The notes beneath the pieces are model-generated. The model had not been told where the DNA came from and searched no databases. It worked only from the letters and a program-made list of their open reading frames with translations. A program made the position numbers and the translations under genes. From the NCBI GenBank assembly GCA_016744065.1, contig JADGFA010000020.1:4930-68929 (forward strand): 64,000 nucleotides of DNA, in the 5' to 3' direction. This DNA is from Gammaproteobacteria bacterium (lineage in GTDB: Bacteria; Pseudomonadota; Gammaproteobacteria; SZUA-229). Positions 24,606-33,283 of the stretch are shown here, piece by piece. Position 1 is the stretch's first letter; each line of letters opens with the position of its first letter.

Positions 24606-27251
24606 ATGAGTTTAATAAATAAACTAACAATTATGTTTTTAATACTGATTATCAGTGCCTGTTCATCTGAGTCATCAGAAAATGACTCAAAAGAAGGCCT
24701 GGCAAGTATAAAAGTCAGTATACCTGGTCTGGAAAATAATAAATTTATCAATAAAACCAGTTTGGGTGAATCATCACAGGCAATAGATAATGCCAGTGTT
24801 CCGGCTGAAGTTGATTCAATTATAATAGATGTTCTTGATAACCGATCTAATGTTTTAGATGCTGCCGATATACTGGCCAATAATGGTGAAGTCACTTTAA
24901 ACATTGTAGCGGGCAAAAATTACACCGTCAGGGGCAGGGCTTTTGCAAATAATGAAGTTTTATTTTCAGGTACAAGTGAAATTGATTCAATTGTGACGGG
25001 TGATCGAATTTCAGTAAGTCTTTCATTACTCGATCAGATACAACTATCATTGACGGCTTTTGCTAATACACCTGTAGGCACCGCTGAAACTGACGTATCA
25101 TTTAACTTAAACGGTTTAAATGATATTTCAATAAACTGGTACATTAATGGCATTCTGGGAGGCAACGCTCAATTTGGCACTATTAATACAGCTGGTCAAT
25201 ATACAGCACCATCGATACTTCCACTTAACACAACAATAACGGTGACCGCTGAACCTGTTAATGCACCTTCATTTGCTCAGTCGTTTACTTTTCAGTTGTT
25301 ACCCGCTATTAATATTCCCCCGGTTGCTAATGCTGGAGCTGATGTAATGGTAAATGATGGAATCACAGTTAACCTTAATGGTAATGCAAGTACTGATATT
25401 GATGGCACTATTAGTACCTATAGCTGGCTAAGAATATCCGGTGATTTTAATCCCGTATTAAATGTTGTTAATTCCACGACAGTTAGTTTTACCTCTCCAG
25501 CCATGCAGTTCGGTGGAGCAGCAACCTTCAGGCTAACCGTAACAGATAATGAGGGTGCAACTGACACAGATGATGTAATCATTACAGTTAATGGCACGGA
25601 TCAACCTTTGCTTGCCAATGCGGGGCCCGATCAAACGGTAAATGAAGGTGATTCAGGCATTACACTAACAGCTAGTGCCAGTACCGATCTGGATAATACA
25701 ATTACAGGCTATCTATGGACACAGCTGTCAGGTACTTCTGCTTTATTATCCAGTACATCTGCTGTCTCACCAACTTTTGTAGCACCTGATGTGAGTATTG
25801 ATGAAAATTTAGTTTTTCAGTTAACGGTCACCAATGATGCTGGTTTGCAAGATACAGATACTGTTACTATCAGGGTTAATAACACAGTAGTGACTACCGA
25901 GAAAATTTATTTTTCTGCACTTTCAACAGGGTTTAATCAAAATATATGGGTAACTGATGGCACTGCTCCGGGCACATTTCAGTTAGCATCCGTGGCGGTT
26001 GAAAATAATGAATTTGCACGTTTTGAAACTCTCAATAATGATTTGTATTTTCAGGGAAATGATGGTGTTAACGGACGTAAATTGTGGCGCACCGATGGTA
26101 CATTAGTTGGTACTGAGTTAGTGGTATTAGATGATGGCTCTGTAACGAATGTAGACCCTAATAATTTTGCAGTACTGGGAGACTTATTATTGCTTGGGGC
26201 TAATACCTCTTTTAATGGTTCATTTAATATACCTGAATATATTTCACTTAATAGCACTAATGATGTAATAACGCCTTTATTTAATAGTCGGCCCACAGGT
26301 GGTTATGGTGTGCATAATAATGAGCTTGGAAAAATGGATGGCTTTATTTATTTTAACGATACGACCTTTACACCCTTAGTTAGCACCAACCTCTATCGTA
26401 CCGATGGCATTAATGCTGCTACGAGTATTGCAACTGGTTTTTTTGATACTCGTATGACAGAGTTTACCGAGTTCAATAATGAACTGTATTTTGTTGTTGG
26501 TCAAAAAGAGCTCTGGAAAACAGACGGTACAAATTTAGGTACTGTTTTATTAAAAACGTTTAGTGGTCATGTCGGCTATTCCTCATCATCGAGCTTAAGC
26601 GGGGTTTATAATGGCGGCATGATCGTATTTAATAATCAGTTATTTTTTGTTGCTGATGATGGGCAGGGAAGTGAGCTTTGGGTCAGTAATGGTGTAAGTG
26701 GCAATAGCCCGGATACTCTACTGATTAAGGACCTGGATAATAATACCAGCACATCTTCCTACCCTTATGAATTTAGAGTGGTTAATGGTAATTTGCTTTT
26801 CTTTAGTGCAGAAGGTGATGCCAGTACCGATGGGTTATGGATTACTGATGGCACATCGGTTGGTACTACACGGCTTCGGGCATTATCTGTAGGCAATACG
26901 GACAGCAGTTATTTTACTCAGGGTTACGATACAGCCGTACCAACTGTTGTAAATATTAGTAGTCAGGATTTATTATTTTTTGTCGCAAATGATGGCATAA
27001 CAGGTAATGAACTATGGGTAACAGATGGAACTGTGGGCGGTACTAATCTGGTAAGTGATATCAATAGTAGTAGTCACAGTTTTCCTGCTATATTTAAGGC
27101 AGGTAATAATAAATTGATATTTTCTGCACAAGATGATGATGGGCGTGCAAAACTATGGCAAACCGATGGTACCGCAATCGGTACCTCTTTAATACTTGAT
27201 ATATGCCCTGGCTGTTTTGGGCAAGGTGCATTTTTCAGGCCTGCAGGATAA
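24606..27251 (+). CDS. Lipoprotein with tandem PKD/Big-like domains and C-terminal ELWxxDGT repeats (881 aa)
   Basis: Lipobox LIISAC. Repeated PVANAGADVMVNDGITVNLNGNASTDIDGTISTYSW / LANAGPDQTVNEGDSGITLTASASTDLDNTITGYLW modules. Then >=7 repeats of the type ELWVTDGT, KLWRTDGT, ELWKTDGT, GLWITDGT, KLWQTDGT (the ELWxxDGT beta-propeller-like repeat). Confidence 0.7.
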   Translation: MSLINKLTIMFLILIISACSSESSENDSKEGLASIKVSIPGLENNKFINKTSLGESSQAIDNASVPAEVDSIIIDVLDNRSNVLDAADILANNGEVTLNIVAGKNYTVRGRAFANNEVLFSGTSEIDSIVTGDRISVSLSLLDQIQLSLTAFANTPVGTAETDVSFNLNGLNDISINWYINGILGGNAQFGTINTAGQYTAPSILPLNTTITVTAEPVNAPSFAQSFTFQLLPAINIPPVANAGADVMVNDGITVNLNGNASTDIDGTISTYSWLRISGDFNPVLNVVNSTTVSFTSPAMQFGGAATFRLTVTDNEGATDTDDVIITVNGTDQPLLANAGPDQTVNEGDSGITLTASASTDLDNTITGYLWTQLSGTSALLSSTSAVSPTFVAPDVSIDENLVFQLTVTNDAGLQDTDTVTIRVNNTVVTTEKIYFSALSTGFNQNIWVTDGTAPGTFQLASVAVENNEFARFETLNNDLYFQGNDGVNGRKLWRTDGTLVGTELVVLDDGSVTNVDPNNFAVLGDLLLLGANTSFNGSFNIPEYISLNSTNDVITPLFNSRPTGGYGVHNNELGKMDGFIYFNDTTFTPLVSTNLYRTDGINAATSIATGFFDTRMTEFTEFNNELYFVVGQKELWKTDGTNLGTVLLKTFSGHVGYSSSSSLSGVYNGGMIVFNNQLFFVADDGQGSELWVSNGVSGNSPDTLLIKDLDNNTSTSSYPYEFRVVNGNLLFFSAEGDASTDGLWITDGTSVGTTRLRALSVGNTDSSYFTQGYDTAVPTVVNISSQDLLFFVANDGITGNELWVTDGTVGGTNLVSDINSSSHSFPAIFKAGNNKLIFSAQDDDGRAKLWQTDGTAIGTSLILDICPGCFGQGAFFRPAG

Positions 27252-27253
27252 AT

Positions 27254-27895
27254 ATGACACCGTATTCACTGACGATAGTAGAAGATGAAACAATAGTAAG
27301 GGAGCGTCTGGTTAAATTAATTACCGAGCACTCTCAATTTAATTTATTGGGTGCAGCGGCTGATGTGGCAGGTGGTATTGCTGATTTAATAAAATACAGT
27401 CCAGATATTCTATTAACCGATTTAGGTTTACCCGACGGTTCGGGGATTGAAATTATTAAAGCAATTGAAATTAATCACCTTGATACTGAAGCTATGGTTA
27501 TTTCCGGATTTCAGGATGAGCATAATGTATTTAATGCACTGCAGGCGGGTGCCAGCGCTTATATTCATAAACACGATAAAAACCAGAAAATAACCGATGC
27601 TATTTTATCTATGATGCAGGGGGGGGCGCCTATAAGCCCGGTTATTGCGCGATTGATGCTACAGAAATTTCAAAAACCACAGCCTGTTAAACAATTACCA
27701 GAAGCATTAACTGAACGACAGATAAAAATATTAAAGCTGGTAAGTCAGGGGTTTTCATCAAAAGAAATAGCTGAAAAACTTAATATTAGTTATTACACAG
27801 TGACCACGCATATTAAGAATATTTACAATAAGTTGCAGGTTAATAGTCGGACTGAAGCCTTGCATGAGGCGGTTAAACTGGGTTTGCTGGAGTAG
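27254..27895 (+). CDS. Response regulator, NarL/FixJ (LuxR-type HTH) family
   Basis: REC domain (IVEDE...LLTDLGLPDGSG). C-terminal LuxR HTH (LTERQIKILKLVSQGFSSKEIAEKLNISYYTVTTHIKNIYNKL). ATG at 27254 chosen over the 27203 track start, which overlaps the upstream gene. Confidence 0.85.
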   Translation: MTPYSLTIVEDETIVRERLVKLITEHSQFNLLGAAADVAGGIADLIKYSPDILLTDLGLPDGSGIEIIKAIEINHLDTEAMVISGFQDEHNVFNALQAGASAYIHKHDKNQKITDAILSMMQGGAPISPVIARLMLQKFQKPQPVKQLPEALTERQIKILKLVSQGFSSKEIAEKLNISYYTVTTHIKNIYNKLQVNSRTEALHEAVKLGLLE

Positions 27896-28019
27896 GTTTT
27901 CGTTATGTTATTTTTGAATATCCCCCTTTAAATATACAGTTGAGATTATTCATATAACTAAAGTATGTGACCTGAAGGAACACCCGCAGGATAATTAAGA
28001 TACACAGTGGAGCAGTATC

Positions 28020-28730
28020 ATGAAATCATTTAAAAAGAATTTAATACTTATCGTTAGTTTATTGTTTTTGATTCCAAACGCCCAGGCAACTGAGCTACTG
28101 CAAGGTGTAGAATATAACAGCGGTGAAAATCTTACTGCATCAAAAGCAGGTATTAGCTTTACGCTTCCTCAGGACTGGTCAGGCTCTGTATCTACAGAAG
28201 GTGATTTCATCATGAAATCAAACCAGCATTACGGTATGTTAATCCTGACGTCATCGCAGACCAGTGATAGACACGCTATGGCTGGCAACCTTACAAGAGA
28301 GTCTCTGGATATTGGCTCAGGCTTTGTTTTTTACCCTTCAGGTAAAGCAAATATTGAAACAAATGGGCTTACCCAGAACTATCAGGGTAAAGATCCAACA
28401 AGTGGAGCCGCCTTATCAGGCCATTTACATATACTTGAAGGAAAGTATGGCCAGTCAGTCACTATTGTCATTATGGGAACCCTGTCTGACAGTAATTATA
28501 ATAACCAGTTATTACATAACACATTGAATACAGTGAGTTTTTTTGATCAGAATGTAGGAATGCAACAAACTCAGGGAAAGCAGCAGAAAGAGGCTATAAA
28601 GCCGGCTCAACAACGTCGACCAGTTATTGAAAACTGGAGTGGAGGCGGCTATGTGCAAGGCATCAATAATGAAGGGCGTAACTGTTCCTATGTGACTGTT
28701 CAGGGAATGAGCATGAGAAGTTGCGACTAG
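28020..28730 (+). CDS. Secreted protein of unknown function (236 aa)
   Basis: Signal peptide LILIVSLLFLIPNAQA. No recognisable catalytic motif. Sits between the RR and HK genes. Confidence 0.45.
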   Translation: MKSFKKNLILIVSLLFLIPNAQATELLQGVEYNSGENLTASKAGISFTLPQDWSGSVSTEGDFIMKSNQHYGMLILTSSQTSDRHAMAGNLTRESLDIGSGFVFYPSGKANIETNGLTQNYQGKDPTSGAALSGHLHILEGKYGQSVTIVIMGTLSDSNYNNQLLHNTLNTVSFFDQNVGMQQTQGKQQKEAIKPAQQRRPVIENWSGGGYVQGINNEGRNCSYVTVQGMSMRSCD

Positions 28731-28887
28731 CGTCACTTTTCAGTAGCATAGGATAAATCATGGTACAGGTATCTTAATCTGGCTCTTTGTTTAGCTAAAA
28801 GGAGGTACTCTAGTTTTCATATCTTGTTATTCTATAAAGCGCCCTGATAAAACGATGTTATTTTTTGCTGGCTAGAATGATAATTTT

Positions 28888-30753
28888 ATGTGGTTGAGTA
28901 ATACTAAAAGCAGTGCATTTATATTTTTATTTGTTTACTGGTTAGCTTTTAATTTTCTGGTGCTTCATACACCTTTCACCGTTTTTAACTCACCCGATGT
29001 GAGTGCAATTAATTATGTGCAGTATATAAACAGTAATGCACAATCCCCTGACGAAATAAAACAACAAAACTGGCAAACCATATCGCTACCAGATGACTGG
29101 TATAACAATCATAAAAACATAAAACAGGTATGGTACAGAGCTAACTTAACTTTGGATAAAGACAGTGAAGAGCAGGTCTGGGCTGCTTATCTGCCCTCAG
29201 TAACCCATAATGCGGCTGTATATATTAATGGATTCTGGGTAGGACAGGGCGGGCAGTTTACTGATCCGGTTTCCCGCAATCAAAATAAACCTTTGTTATT
29301 TAGCTTTTCATCAAAATTATTACATCAGGGCAACAATCAAATAGATATAAGAGTTAAGGCCGCATTTTTTGAGCAGGGTTTAATGGATGAGTTTTACCTT
29401 GCTCCCGAGTCCCAGTTACATGATGCCTATGTATGGAAAAAAATCATACGTGTTGACCTGGTTCGCTGGATGACGATGGTTATGTATGTACTGTCATTAA
29501 TTGTTTTTGCATTCTGGTTAGCTCGTCCGCAGGACAGTATTTACGGCCTGTTTGCATTAGAACTGTTTATCTGGGCAACACATAATTTAAATTTATTTGT
29601 ATCAGATATTCCTGTATCAGTTAGTATCTGGGAAGCCATGACCATAAGCACACTTGGCTGGACGGTGGTTGCGATGATATTTTTTAATCATCGATTTGTT
29701 GGTGAGAAAAATATTATTGTAGAAAAAGTAATTGTAGTTTTTTCTGTACTCGGTATAGGTATATTTTTTCTTCCTGATATAAGTAGCATTATGCATATTG
29801 GCTATAGCATATGGGATGCATTCGTTATGATTTTTGGTATTTATGCCATTGTTCATCTTATAAGGGTATATCAGCATAAGGGTGATTCTGATGTGTTTTT
29901 GATGTTAGTGGTGGGCATACCTATACTGGTTTTTGGTTTTCATGATATCTTGATGATCAATCACTTCATTGATAGACGTGACGGCTTGACTATTCAGTTT
30001 AGCGTTATACCTTCAGTAATATTATTTAGCTGGTTTCTTGTGCGTCGATTTGTACAGTCAATTAATAAAGCAGAACACCTGGCTGAAACATTAGAGCAAC
30101 GAGTCAATGAAAAGCAGCAGGAATTACAGTTACAGTACGAAAAATTAAAATCGATGGAAAAAGACAGTATTCTTTCAGAAGAACGGGAACGCATTATGCG
30201 TGATATGCACGATGGTATCGGAGGGCAGTTAGTCTCTGTTGTTATGATGTTACAGGAACAGACAGGCGAGGTATTTACCCATGTATGTGAAAAAGTACAA
30301 CACAGTTTAACTGATTTACGTTTTGTAATTGACTCGTTAGATCCCTTATTAAGTGACCTTCCTACGCTGTTAGGGATGATGCGTATACGCCTGGTTGACC
30401 AACTGGAAGCGGCAAACATTGAGCTGGAATGGGCCGTTACTGAACTACCCGAAGTGGCAAACATGAGCCCTCGACGTAGTTTGCATATTATGCGAATAGT
30501 GCAGGAAGCGATAACCAATAGCATAAAACATTCAGGTTCTGAAAAAATGACATTAGCTACAGGCGTAATAAACGATAATATTTATATAGATGTAATAGAT
30601 TATGGAAAAGGATTTAAATCGTCTGAAAAAAATGAGGGCAGGGGCATTAAAAACATGCATTACCGTGCTCAGCAATTAAAAGCAGGCCTGGAATTTAATT
30701 CATTAACTAATGGGGTGTCTATTCGTTTATTGCTTGGTATTAATACTAAATAA
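28888..30753 (+). CDS. Sensor histidine kinase, 7TMR-DISM type with HisKA_3/HATPase_c
   Basis: N-terminal signal + periplasmic domain (7TMR-DISMED2-like). Seven TM helices (residues ~200-400). H-box ERERIMRDMHDGIGGQL typical of HisKA_3 kinases that partner NarL-type regulators. C-terminal HATPase G-boxes (VIDYGKGF). Confidence 0.8.
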   Translation: MWLSNTKSSAFIFLFVYWLAFNFLVLHTPFTVFNSPDVSAINYVQYINSNAQSPDEIKQQNWQTISLPDDWYNNHKNIKQVWYRANLTLDKDSEEQVWAAYLPSVTHNAAVYINGFWVGQGGQFTDPVSRNQNKPLLFSFSSKLLHQGNNQIDIRVKAAFFEQGLMDEFYLAPESQLHDAYVWKKIIRVDLVRWMTMVMYVLSLIVFAFWLARPQDSIYGLFALELFIWATHNLNLFVSDIPVSVSIWEAMTISTLGWTVVAMIFFNHRFVGEKNIIVEKVIVVFSVLGIGIFFLPDISSIMHIGYSIWDAFVMIFGIYAIVHLIRVYQHKGDSDVFLMLVVGIPILVFGFHDILMINHFIDRRDGLTIQFSVIPSVILFSWFLVRRFVQSINKAEHLAETLEQRVNEKQQELQLQYEKLKSMEKDSILSEERERIMRDMHDGIGGQLVSVVMMLQEQTGEVFTHVCEKVQHSLTDLRFVIDSLDPLLSDLPTLLGMMRIRLVDQLEAANIELEWAVTELPEVANMSPRRSLHIMRIVQEAITNSIKHSGSEKMTLATGVINDNIYIDVIDYGKGFKSSEKNEGRGIKNMHYRAQQLKAGLEFNSLTNGVSIRLLLGINTK

Positions 30754-30765
30754 ATACTTATATTT

Positions 30766-30794
30766 AACCATTAAAAATGGAGAATTTAATGGTT
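30766..30794 (+). terminator. Perfect 10-bp inverted repeat (AACCATTAAA-n9-TTTAATGGTT) just after the kinase stop. No U-tract.
   Basis: Read directly from the sequence. AT-rich stem and no trailing T-run, so a weak or intrinsic-terminator-like hairpin at best. Confidence 0.3.
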
Positions 30795-30963
30795 AGTAAA
30801 AATGTACAGATTCAGTATAAGGTTCCATGGATTTATGTCTGATCTCTTATATGTGATTTAGTGATATAATCTTATCCAGTCTTTAGCTTCTTGGTGCTAC
30901 GGTATCTATGTTATTGCAGTTTTTCATGTTCATTGTTTTTTACAGATAAACTTTATCGTTTTA

Positions 30964-31260
30964 TTATGCATTATCTACTTCAATGTTCCATTCTTTCTCA
31001 TAACCTGATTTTTCTAAATAACCACCTAAAGAATTATATAATTTTTCGGTCCAATATTGTGAGCTTCCATCACATGGTAATGTGATGTTGCCTTCGGCAG
31101 ATTTATTAATCATTTCCCAGAAAAACTTACTTAGTATAGTTGCTTCTTCCCTGGATGATACAGATCCAAGTGTTATGATTTCTTTTGCTTTAGAGTTTTC
31201 TAGTAGGTTAGCAAAATATAAAGCCACTACTTTTTCTTCTTCGTAATTATATTCGATCAT
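30964..31260 (-). CDS. Hypothetical cytoplasmic protein (98 aa)
   Basis: ORF in an AT-rich islet. No signal peptide and no recognisable family. Could be an orphan immunity-type protein. Confidence 0.35.
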   Translation of the reverse strand: MIEYNYEEEKVVALYFANLLENSKAKEIITLGSVSSREEATILSKFFWEMINKSAEGNITLPCDGSSQYWTEKLYNSLGGYLEKSGYEKEWNIEVDNA

Positions 31261-31421
31261 AGTGCTTTCCTTGCGTCTTTCATTACAGACATGCGATATG
31301 CTACCATTTTTAATTTTTGTACTAGTTGATATAATGTCATTGGTTCAGTTATTGTAAGTAAGAAATGTCCTTTTTTCTTTTTATCAGGCATGAACTTCAT
31401 ATGTTGTGATATAAGCGAGGA

Positions 31422-31820
31422 TCAAAGCACTGGACACTCAACTATTTCATAATTTGATAAGTCACCATTAGGCCCATACTTTTCATCATTAGCCAGTTCA
31501 CTTAACTTTTCGGTACTTTCGTAACCAAGTGGTTCGGCGTCAATTAAGCTTTCAAAGTGAATTTTATGAATATTTATCTGTCCTGTGATATTGGGACACT
31601 GTTGTGTCCATACTGCATCTATAATAACGGCACAGGAAGAAGATAGTACATCTATACCTGCATCAGTTAGTTCCTGAGCACTTTGCTCAAGTGTTTCATT
31701 GTCTGGATAATCGCAACCAAGAATAAGATCCGTATCGTAGATATAAAGGCTATCTTCAGGTGAGCTTTCAGAGCAAGCTGTTATAAATAATCCAATAAAA
31801 ATTAGTGGTATATATCTCAT
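31422..31820 (-). CDS. Lipoprotein (132 aa), candidate immunity protein
   Basis: Lipobox LFITAC. Acidic, Cys-containing periplasmic domain. Lies downstream of the Tlde1-like toxin gene on the same strand. Confidence 0.5.
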   Translation of the reverse strand: MRYIPLIFIGLFITACSESSPEDSLYIYDTDLILGCDYPDNETLEQSAQELTDAGIDVLSSSCAVIIDAVWTQQCPNITGQINIHKIHFESLIDAEPLGYESTEKLSELANDEKYGPNGDLSNYEIVECPVL

Positions 31821-31852
31821 ATAAAACTCCGTTCTAGCTGATAAGTGTTAAT

Positions 31853-32437
31853 TTATTTGTTAGAATTTTCACTGAAGCTATCAACACATATTTTATACTG
31901 GTTAGCATTTAATGCTTTTTTAAAATAAACTTTATTTTGTTCAAGAAATATGGGCTTATTTTCTATGTGTTTTCCTTCAAAGCCAAAGTATGCGTTTAAT
32001 CTATTGCAGTTTGATAGAGTTAAGAAAGGGAGTTGATTTAAAATATTTAAGAATACATCTTTATTTTCAATATATATTGGCATTAAGTCTGATGCCAGAT
32101 ATTCATTAAATGCTCCCGATTTTTTTTCATGAGCATAAAATGCATAAAACATTATAATTTTCAATCGTTTGGTGCTATGTTTATTATCAGAAAGATCAGC
32201 TTTTATGTTATTTATGTATATGTCTTCAAGTTCCTTAAATTTTTTTAATGAGTCTGGTTGTTTTTTTCCTTTTGCGTCAATATATGTATATTTGTCTTCG
32301 TTTAAATTTAAAAGATTTGACAGAATAGTTGAGTATTCATTTTCTTTATTCTTATCTGTATTTGATGCGTTTATAGACGAGCATGCTGATATTAGAATAA
32401 GTAATATTAATAGTATGCTTTTCATAGGATTAACCAT
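31853..32437 (-). CDS. Lipoprotein (194 aa), candidate immunity protein
   Basis: Lipobox LILISAC. 8-nt overlap with the upstream Tlde1-like gene, suggesting translational coupling. Confidence 0.5.
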   Translation of the reverse strand: MVNPMKSILLILLILISACSSINASNTDKNKENEYSTILSNLLNLNEDKYTYIDAKGKKQPDSLKKFKELEDIYINNIKADLSDNKHSTKRLKIIMFYAFYAHEKKSGAFNEYLASDLMPIYIENKDVFLNILNQLPFLTLSNCNRLNAYFGFEGKHIENKPIFLEQNKVYFKKALNANQYKICVDSFSENSNK

Positions 32438-32789
32438 TTATCACAACTGTTACGTTATGCCCGTTCTTTGGCGTGATTGCATTATGTATTTTAATTATCT
32501 TATCTTCATCTATAACAATACAACCATCAGACCACTTTTCATATGGCGGTTTTCCCATATGTATAAATATTTCAGAAAAACCTGCGACATTAGGTAAAAA
32601 TACTGCTTCTCGCGGCATGCCTTTCGAGTTCTTTTTTCGTGTCATTGTGGTTGCTGAACAACTCATGTACGTGCCGGCTGGAATTTTTTTAGTTGCATTC
32701 CAATAACATTGAGTCGTAATGATCTTTCCTGCTGAGGTAAATGTTAAAGTACCGTTTTTAGCTAATCTTTTTATTGTAATTTTGTACAT
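32430..32789 (-). CDS. Tlde1/DUF2778-like L,D-transpeptidase-fold toxin domain protein (119 aa)
   Basis: No signal peptide. Pattern C..........IPAGTY ... FIHMGKPPYEKWSDGCIVID reproduces the conserved CxxxxxxIPxGxY and H...(S)xGC(I) catalytic His/Cys arrangement of YkuD-like LDT domains and the T6SS Tlde1 effector family. Confidence 0.5.
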   Translation of the reverse strand: MYKITIKRLAKNGTLTFTSAGKIITTQCYWNATKKIPAGTYMSCSATTMTRKKNSKGMPREAVFLPNVAGFSEIFIHMGKPPYEKWSDGCIVIDEDKIIKIHNAITPKNGHNVTVVING

Positions 32790-33283
32790 GACTTTGAGTT
32801 CTTCAGTATTTGATGAGGTTTTTTGATATCTTTTTTTGCTTCACGGTGAAGTATTACATTATATGTCATTTTCTTTTTCCCTTCTCTGGCAGCCCTAGCT
32901 CCTTTTTGAGGTCTGAAAGAGATGACGATTGCTTAGTTTTCTTTTGTATATCCATTTCGAGTTTACGTCTAGCTATCTCGGCGCGTTCTTCACTTGTCAA
33001 CTGGAGATCTTCAATATTATTCATTTATCAAGTTCCTTTTTGAAGTCATTTAAATTTTGTGCTCCATTTTTGTCATCAGCTCGAGTACTAATAGCTTCAA
33101 TATTCTGCTGTGCATCTAATTGGTCTAAAAACAAGTCATACTGCTCGGCTGTCAGTATTGCTCCAATATTTTTCCGTTAGAGGAGAGGACTGGCTCCGTT
33201 TTTTGATGCTTGAGTGATTTTACAAACTCTAATATTGAGTCAGTATCACTGACATCTTTTTCTTTATATTCATCGACACTCAT
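32771..33283 (-). pseudogene. Decayed type II toxin-antitoxin locus: frameshifted Phd/YefM-like antitoxin, a 52-aa antitoxin-like ORF, and a 32-aa RelE/ParE N-terminal stub
   Basis: Minus-strand translations: MSVDEYKEKDVSDTDSILEFVKSLKHQKTEPVLSSNGKILEQY* then, after a +1 shift, LTAEQYDLFLDQLDAQQNIEAISTRADDKNGAQNLNDFKKELDK* (Phd/YefM-like). ATGA-overlapped MNNIEDLQLTSEERAEIARRKLEM...SLSDLKKELGLPEKGKRK*. ATGA-overlapped MTYNVILHREAKKDIKKPHQILK...*, a RelE/ParE-type start truncated where the Tlde1-like gene begins. Confidence 0.4.
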
